This document shows positions 60,101-64,000 of a stretch of DNA of 64,000 nt, piece after piece. The translations under genes and the position numbers were made by a program. The stretch's first letter is position 1. Each line of letters starts with the position of its first letter. The stretch is from an uncultured Alphaproteobacteria bacterium (GTDB lineage: Bacteria; Electryoneota; RPQS01): the NCBI GenBank assembly GCA_964406405.1, contig CAYORN010000004.1, positions 1 to 64,000 of the forward strand. Direction: 5' to 3'. Under the pieces are notes generated by a model. That model did not search any database. It had not been told where the DNA came from and worked only from the letters and a program-made list of their open reading frames with translations.

Positions 60101-63100
60101 CCGCAATCACCGTCACCGCGCCCAACGGCAACGACACCTTGTACACCGGCGCGACTTACTCAATCACGTGGACGCGGCAGAATGCCAGTGGCGGGGTCAC
60201 AGTGGGCGTCAATCGCAGCTACCCGGCCGGAACGTGGGAAAGCATCACCACGAATTCCACGGTGAATAGCTATGCGTGGGTCGTCTCCGGGCCGGTCACC
60301 GACAGCGCTCGAATCCGCGTAACGCTGAACAGCAATCCGGCCGTCGGTGACACCAGCAACCAGAGCTCCCGCATCGTCACCCAGACGCTGTCCTTGACCG
60401 CGCCGGATGGCGGGGAGTCATTCACGCTCGGCGCCCCGATCACGGTGCGCTGGACGCGCAGTTTCGCCAGCGGCGACGTCACGGTTATGCTCAACCGCAA
60501 CTACCCGGCAGGGGCGTGGCAAACTTTGACCACCGCGGCTTCGGTGGACAGCTTTGTGTGGAACTCCAGTGGTACGGCCTCCAGCGTAGCGCGCATGAAG
60601 ATCCAATTGTCAGCAAACAGCTCGGTCAACGACATCTCGGCAGGTAACTTCTCGTTAGTGTTGAAAACACTGGCTCTGACCACCCACAATGCCGCAGCCA
60701 CCTATTACATTGGCACACCGAGCAGTGTCAACATGTCGCGCACAAACGCAAGCGGCAACGTCACCATCCAACTGAACCGGAACTATCCGCTCGGCACGTG
60801 GGAAACTCTGACCACGTCTGAGACGACCTCCAGCTATTTGTGGAATATCACCGGCCAGCCGTCCACAGTTTCCCGTCTGCGCATCTTCCTCACGGCCGAG
60901 CCGTTCGTTGGCGACACGTCCAATGCGAGTTTCACGCTCGCCTCACCCGTGATAACTGTGAGTGCCCCGAACGGCGGCGAAATCTGGCCCGTGGACTCTG
61001 TGCGTACGATTTCCTGGGTTCGCGGCGGAGTTTCCGAAAATGTTCGCGTGGACCTGAATCGCAGCTACCCGTCGGGCTCATGGGAGACGCTGCTTGCATC
61101 CTCGTCCGGCAGCTCCTTCGCGTGGACCGTAACCGGCCCGACAGCAGCCGGCGCGCGCATGCGCGTCGTTGGCTTGACGACCGGAGTCAGCGATCAGTCC
61201 GATGCCAACTTCTCCATTCCTACTTCGCAGTTAACGCTCTTGGCCCCCAATGGGGGAGAGGACATTCTCATCGGCGGCTTGCTGCCGATTCGCTGGATAC
61301 GGAATGGCGCTTCAGGCGCGGTTAATGTGCATCTGAACCGCGCGTACCCGTCTGGCGCGTGGGAATTGCTTGGCTCCAGCACAAGCGATTCGTTGACGTG
61401 GACCGCCAGCGGATCGGTCTCAACAAGCGCGCGCACTCGCGTCACGCTGCAATCGAATCCCGGTGTTGGCGATACCTCGGACGCCAACTTCGCGATTATC
61501 AATCCGCAACTCAGTGTGCTCTCGCCGAACGGCGGTGAGCAATTCGTAATCGGCATGAGCTACTACGTGAATATTTCGCGCGTGAGTCATCCCGGGCCGG
61601 TCACAATCCAGTTGAATCGTTCCTTTCCCTCCGCAGACTGGCAAACGATCGTCTCCAACTACACTGGCAGTTCGTACCTTTGGCTCGTGTCAGCGCCGTA
61701 TTCGAGAACCGCGCGGATTCGCGTGATCAGCGAGATCTACCCATCCGTCGGTGACACGTCGAACGGCAACTTCCGCATCGCGCCCTTTGGCATTCTGGTT
61801 CTGGATCCGTCCAGTGCGGACACGGTCGCTGTCGGTGATACGGTCAGTTTGGCATGGGTGCGCGAAGGTGTCGGCAGTGTGGACGTCCTGCTTGACCGCG
61901 ACTGGCCGAGTGATGACCGGGAAATCCTGACGTCAGATCTCGATGCGGATTCGTTCAGTTGGACCGCGACGCCGCCGGCCAGCAGCAACTGCCGGTTCAT
62001 AGTGTGGACGCATGCGGATTCCACGATCGCCGATACGAGCGACTACGACTTTGCTATTCATCTGCCCAGCGTGACTCTGACAACTCCTGCCGGTGGCGAG
62101 ACGTACAGTATCAATGACTTGGTGAGTATCTCGTGGACTCGCAATTTTGCCACGGGTGGCGTGCGAGTGGAACTGAATCGCAACTATCCGTCAGGATCCT
62201 GGGATTTACTGGCCGATAACGTGACCGGCAACAGCGCAAGCTGGACAGTGGACGGCGATTCGACCAGTCATGCGCGTGTGCGCTTGACGTTGATTGGCCT
62301 TCCGTATGTCGGCGATACCTGCGCAACCGATTTTCACATTGCTTATCCGGGGCTGCATTTAACCAGCCCGAATGGCAACGATACGCTGGTCACAGGCACC
62401 ACGCAGATCATCCGCTGGGATCGCATCAACGCTCCCGGTCAGGTGCGCGTGGACCTGAATCGCAATTATCCATCGGGCACATGGGAAGTGCTCGCGTCGG
62501 CGGTTTCCGTTGATACGTTTGCCTGGAATGTCACCGGCACGGCCACGACACAGGCTTGCTTCCGCGTGACGCTGGTCTTCAACGCCACGATGTCGGACGT
62601 CAGCGATGCTTTAACATGGATTACTCCGCCGCTGATTCAACTCCTGTCGCCGGTCGCTGGAGATTCGATTCAGATCGGAGTGCCGGTGCAATTCTCGTGG
62701 TCGCGTGTTGGGGTCGCGCCCGGAGTGAACCTCTACGTCAAGCGCAACTACCCGTCGGGACAATGGGAGTTGCTCGGTCAGAACCTGACCGGAAATTCAT
62801 GGTCGTGGACAGCGGCGGGCGCCGCTTCGGAAGTCGCGCGCTTCCGCGCGCTCTCCGGCTCAAACCCGGCGGTCGGCGATACGACTGATGGTCCTGTGCA
62901 TCTCGGCCAGCCGCTGCTGACGTTCACTAATCCGGTGTCCGCGCAGAGCTACCGCGCGGGCGAGGTCGTCAACCTGACGTGGACGCGCAGCTACGCCCCG
63001 GGCGCGGTGCGCGTCGAATTGTCTCGCCAGGGCACCGGCGGCCCGTGGGAAGAACTGGGAACAACCTCCGGGAATTTACTCGCGTGGACCGTCAGCGGTC

Positions 63101-64000
63101 CGGCAACAACCATTGCGCGCTTGCGGATCACGTTGATGGATCTGTCGTGGGTCGCGACGATGACGTCATTTAACAATTCAATCGTTATTCCGTCGCTCGC
63201 TGTCACAGCTCCAACATCGGCCGGTCCTTTCGCGGTCGGCCGCGACCTGACGATCTCATGGCAGCGCTCGAACGTGCCCGAAGCCGTCAACGTGTATGTG
63301 GAACGTGACGGCCAACAATCCTCATTGGAAACAGTCCGCAGCAGTGTGACCGGCGATTCGGTGCACTGGACAGCGACCGCGCCGATCAGCAGCAACGCGC
63401 GCATTGTCGTTCGCACGGCGTTCGGACTGCTGGTCGAAGGTCAGTCGAGCATGTTCAGCCTCGCTCAGCCGCTGATCACGTTGACGCATCCGACGGGTGG
63501 ACAAAGCTTCGTCTCCGGAAATGTCATGCCCGTCCGGTGGAATCGGACGATCATCACCGATCCGGTTCAGGTCGAGTTGAACCGCGGTTATCCGGCTGGC
63601 TCTTGGGTTGTGCTCGCCACTGGTGTGACAGACACTATTTACAACTGGACTGTGAGCGGCCCAACGACGCAAACCGCTCGTGTGCGCGTCCTCTCGACCG
63701 TGGATCCGGCGCTCGGCGATACATCGGACGCTTCGATTAGTCTGCTACAGCCGACTCTGACGATCACGTCGCCGGTCAGCGGCGCGCGTCTGCCGCTCGG
63801 TTTTGATACGGGGATTTCATGGACTCGCATCGCGGTTGAAGGCTCGGTGAACATCGAACTCTCGCGCGATGGCGGCTCCAGTTACGAGCTTGTGGCCGAC
63901 AGCATCGGCGGCGACAGCTACGCGTGGACTCCCGACGGGGCGGCGAGCGACAACTCGCACCTGCGTATTACCAGTATTGAGAATCCTTCGGTGTCGGCCA
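54118..64000 (+). CDS. giant surface/adhesin-like protein, 5' partial (>3290 codons in window, no stop): signal/anchor, BNR/Asp-box beta-propeller region (~11 S-x-D/N-x-G-x-T/S-W repeats), then >=27 tandem ~94-aa Ig-like repeats
   Basis: single frame open from ATG 54118 (in-frame TGA at 54109) to the window end. Translation gives ..STDGGTTWSPT.., ..SVNGGTTW.., then repeats '(T/S)PNGGE.W..G....I.W.R.N..G.V.V.LNR.YP.G.WE.L......S..W.V.G...S.AR.RV.......GDTS.A.F.I' with ~282-bp period from ~56440. Confidence 0.8.
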   Translation, partial: MPGFRKFSCSQQVSAYTALLTAALYLAFLPLFPRNVLRASDLALGSSYTVIQLDSVFRTRYNTDENPYKGSGWKAFQRFSWFYTQRAYPEADIPAGARMQAWEEKQQARHNSPLDENWSAIGPNNLAGRILCLAWHPTDANTIYAGTASGGLWKTVDGGANWLPLTDDLPSLAVGAVALEPGNPNVIYIGTGEGSFNADAVYGAGIFKSTDGGTTWSPTGLSWTQSQSRAINKIVINPSNPQIIYAACNRVVGGIFKSVNGGTTWTQYHAGDVKDLIIHPDSLNILYCVSGDPWGNAQNGIFRSADSGVTWTRLSSGLPAATSMGRAQLSMAPSNHQTLYVGISQTISAGAGLLGIYKTANAGASWTLQANTPNFYSGQGWYNLVIAVHPTNAAVVYSSGLDCYKSTDSGVTWTRKSVWSYPPGNAQYAHADHHELIFKPGDPNTILVGTDGGIYKSINGGDTWAGLNNGLVCYQFYAMGNDALNASTCYGGTQDNGTNKYTGSNTWSWVMSGDGGYCTVDYTNSNIVYAEIQRGSHYKSTNAGSTWSYIQTGISGYGEWVTPVAMDPTNPSILYTGTTQVYKTTNGGASWSAISSSFSSYYVSTLAVAPSNPQVIYAGIAGGGQVWKTTNGGTNWTSITTGLPNRYVTRVAVHPADPNTIYVTFSGYASGHVWKSTNGGSSWTNVSTGIPDIPCNVIAIDGTTPSTMYVGTDLGVYRSTDGGASWADYSIGLPNVVVEDLALHPSTGSLRAATHGRGMWETSTGAAPSITVLTPNGGDSWPTGTNQAITWTTGGLGGNVRIELNRTFPGGSWEVLIASTPNDGSYTWTVAGTATTTARMRVTSVETPSATDVSNSDFSITPPVLTLLQPNGGETYVLGTVDTIAWTLTGTSGAVVVQINRTYPSASWEAITTTSSLSTPYTVSGTPSNTVRVRAYLQSTPSVGDTSAANLSIVAPAITVNWPNGGETLTPGQSVMLRWTSANVTGTVRVELNRTYPGGTWETLNANVTIDSLAWAVDQYGGSSARIRVTSNTYSAATDVSNGNFTISTPSLTVVTPNGGEGWSLGSSHWLRWMRSNLNGLVNVYYNLSYPSGTWQPVQLNVALDSVLWVVPGPASGATRVRVTSVNVPTLYDESDANFSLGSGITLIWPNGGENLSLTAPAAISWTRANAPGNVTVQLNRTYPMGVWEPLTTTAAGDSHTWTVSGATATGARIRVFLTSNPTLGDTSDASFNIVSSVLAVTSPNGGELWNTHMYQVVRWTRTNVPGDVTVLLNRSYPSGTWDTLAAAVSADTLRYYVPDWNVATSTARAKVVWNEQPVISDASNSNFSIVPHLTLLYPNGGEVWPIGTAQTIRWSRSNSPGNVRILLTRTWPTLTWTTLTTTAAADSFQWTPPYAPSENCRVAIYMTDNYGYTDTSAANFAIANTNSITVTSPNGGEQWAGGSSQTITFVRSNAAGAATVQLNRTYPSGTWENLNTNVTTNSLNWTVSGSASSNARVRVFLNSTPSLRDSSNADFSISSTAASLALTSPNGGETWVTGSTQVVRFTRTNAAGNVVVLLNRTYPGGVWETLSSTVTTDTFAWNASGTTSSTARVRIYLASNATIADTSAANFSIVTPMITVVGPNGGESWTLGSSQMITFTRSNAPGNATVELNRTYPSGAWELLSNAVSSSSYAWTVSGTTSATVRTRVYLTATPAVGDTSNANFFITGTPALTLTAPNGGETWVNGSPQVVRFTRSNAAGNVTVQLNRTYPSATWDVLSTAVSADTFAWTASGIPSVFTRIRVFLTANATVGDTSNANFTIAAPTITVTAPNGGETWSLGSTQSVTFTRSNANGNATVELNRTYPSGTWELLNNAVSGSSYSWVVSGATSSAARIRVYLTGASSIGDTSNAGFTISGIPTLTMTAPNGGESWNIGTSQTISFTRANAAGTATLELNRNYPSGTWELISNSVAGSSVAWTPTGAGTSTARIRVYLNATPEVGDTSNANFTLVAPAITVTAPNGNDTLYTGATYSITWTRQNASGGVTVGVNRSYPAGTWESITTNSTVNSYAWVVSGPVTDSARIRVTLNSNPAVGDTSNQSSRIVTQTLSLTAPDGGESFTLGAPITVRWTRSFASGDVTVMLNRNYPAGAWQTLTTAASVDSFVWNSSGTASSVARMKIQLSANSSVNDISAGNFSLVLKTLALTTHNAAATYYIGTPSSVNMSRTNASGNVTIQLNRNYPLGTWETLTTSETTSSYLWNITGQPSTVSRLRIFLTAEPFVGDTSNASFTLASPVITVSAPNGGEIWPVDSVRTISWVRGGVSENVRVDLNRSYPSGSWETLLASSSGSSFAWTVTGPTAAGARMRVVGLTTGVSDQSDANFSIPTSQLTLLAPNGGEDILIGGLLPIRWIRNGASGAVNVHLNRAYPSGAWELLGSSTSDSLTWTASGSVSTSARTRVTLQSNPGVGDTSDANFAIINPQLSVLSPNGGEQFVIGMSYYVNISRVSHPGPVTIQLNRSFPSADWQTIVSNYTGSSYLWLVSAPYSRTARIRVISEIYPSVGDTSNGNFRIAPFGILVLDPSSADTVAVGDTVSLAWVREGVGSVDVLLDRDWPSDDREILTSDLDADSFSWTATPPASSNCRFIVWTHADSTIADTSDYDFAIHLPSVTLTTPAGGETYSINDLVSISWTRNFATGGVRVELNRNYPSGSWDLLADNVTGNSASWTVDGDSTSHARVRLTLIGLPYVGDTCATDFHIAYPGLHLTSPNGNDTLVTGTTQIIRWDRINAPGQVRVDLNRNYPSGTWEVLASAVSVDTFAWNVTGTATTQACFRVTLVFNATMSDVSDALTWITPPLIQLLSPVAGDSIQIGVPVQFSWSRVGVAPGVNLYVKRNYPSGQWELLGQNLTGNSWSWTAAGAASEVARFRALSGSNPAVGDTTDGPVHLGQPLLTFTNPVSAQSYRAGEVVNLTWTRSYAPGAVRVELSRQGTGGPWEELGTTSGNLLAWTVSGPATTIARLRITLMDLSWVATMTSFNNSIVIPSLAVTAPTSAGPFAVGRDLTISWQRSNVPEAVNVYVERDGQQSSLETVRSSVTGDSVHWTATAPISSNARIVVRTAFGLLVEGQSSMFSLAQPLITLTHPTGGQSFVSGNVMPVRWNRTIITDPVQVELNRGYPAGSWVVLATGVTDTIYNWTVSGPTTQTARVRVLSTVDPALGDTSDASISLLQPTLTITSPVSGARLPLGFDTGISWTRIAVEGSVNIELSRDGGSSYELVADSIGGDSYAWTPDGAASDNSHLRITSIENPSVSA

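Noticed and set aside
54253-63854. Numerous 60-320-aa minus-strand ORFs in the ORF track (e.g. 54253..54954, 56353..57174, 58639..59592)
   Set aside because: They are Arg/Gly-rich antisense artefacts overprinting one long plus-strand reading frame. That frame is absent from the track only because it has no stop in the window, and it translates to coherent BNR and tandem-domain protein sequence.

Overview
High-GC (~60-63%) bacterial chromosomal segment. Most genes lack Shine-Dalgarno sites, and many encode secreted proteins ending in a Por/T9SS C-terminal sorting domain (motif 'YPNPFN...GIYF.RL......KLVLLK'). That, plus a sigma-54 activator, points to an FCB-superphylum (Bacteroidota-like candidate phylum) genome; this is an inference, not a database hit.

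Three blocks:

(1) 82..16628: a ~16.5-kb putative genomic island on the minus strand.
- Bounds: an intact tRNA-Ser(GGA) at 16629..16721 and a perfect 62-nt direct repeat of that tRNA's 3' end at 20..81.
- Cargo: a tail-fibre-like protein with a C-terminal S74 intramolecular-chaperone domain, a 1264-aa protein with four PPC-domain repeats, a T9SS cargo protein, a formylglycine-generating-enzyme (FGE)-sulfatase-family lipoprotein, a PAP2-like membrane protein, a TsaA-type methyltransferase and an SPFH (band-7) protein.
- Mobile DNA: an IS3-family transposase remnant and an intact IS630-family element with an A8 -1 frameshift site.
- Orphan tRNA-3'-end-like fragments.
- A conserved ~32-nt motif present 7 times in one orientation, always upstream of minus-strand genes, including a 3-unit mini-array with ~80-bp period.

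(2) 16.7-53.5 kb: mostly housekeeping and secreted-protein genes.
- tRNA-Ser(CGA), and tRNA-Arg(ACG) lying directly upstream of its editing enzyme tadA.
- corA, a squalene-cyclase-repeat protein, and several T9SS cargo paralogs (one frameshifted).
- A small ORF coupled to dinB with a Cheo-type LexA box; tag and an aldo/keto reductase.
- A low-GC (~47%) single gene for a GHKL-ATPase fused to a PD-(D/E)xK-like nuclease motif, inserted into an otherwise high-GC operon (candidate defence gene).
- S9, S41 and S8 peptidases, hsp20, a Ser/Thr kinase with TPR partners, an M24 peptidase, a sigma-54 regulator, a uracil-DNA glycosylase-family gene, lgt, tmk and purC.

(3) 54118 to the window end: the 5' ~9.9 kb of one giant ORF (>3290 codons, no stop in window). 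It has an N-terminal BNR/Asp-box beta-propeller followed by at least 27 tandem ~94-aa (~282-bp) Ig-like repeats. Minus-strand ORFs listed across this region are overprinting artefacts.
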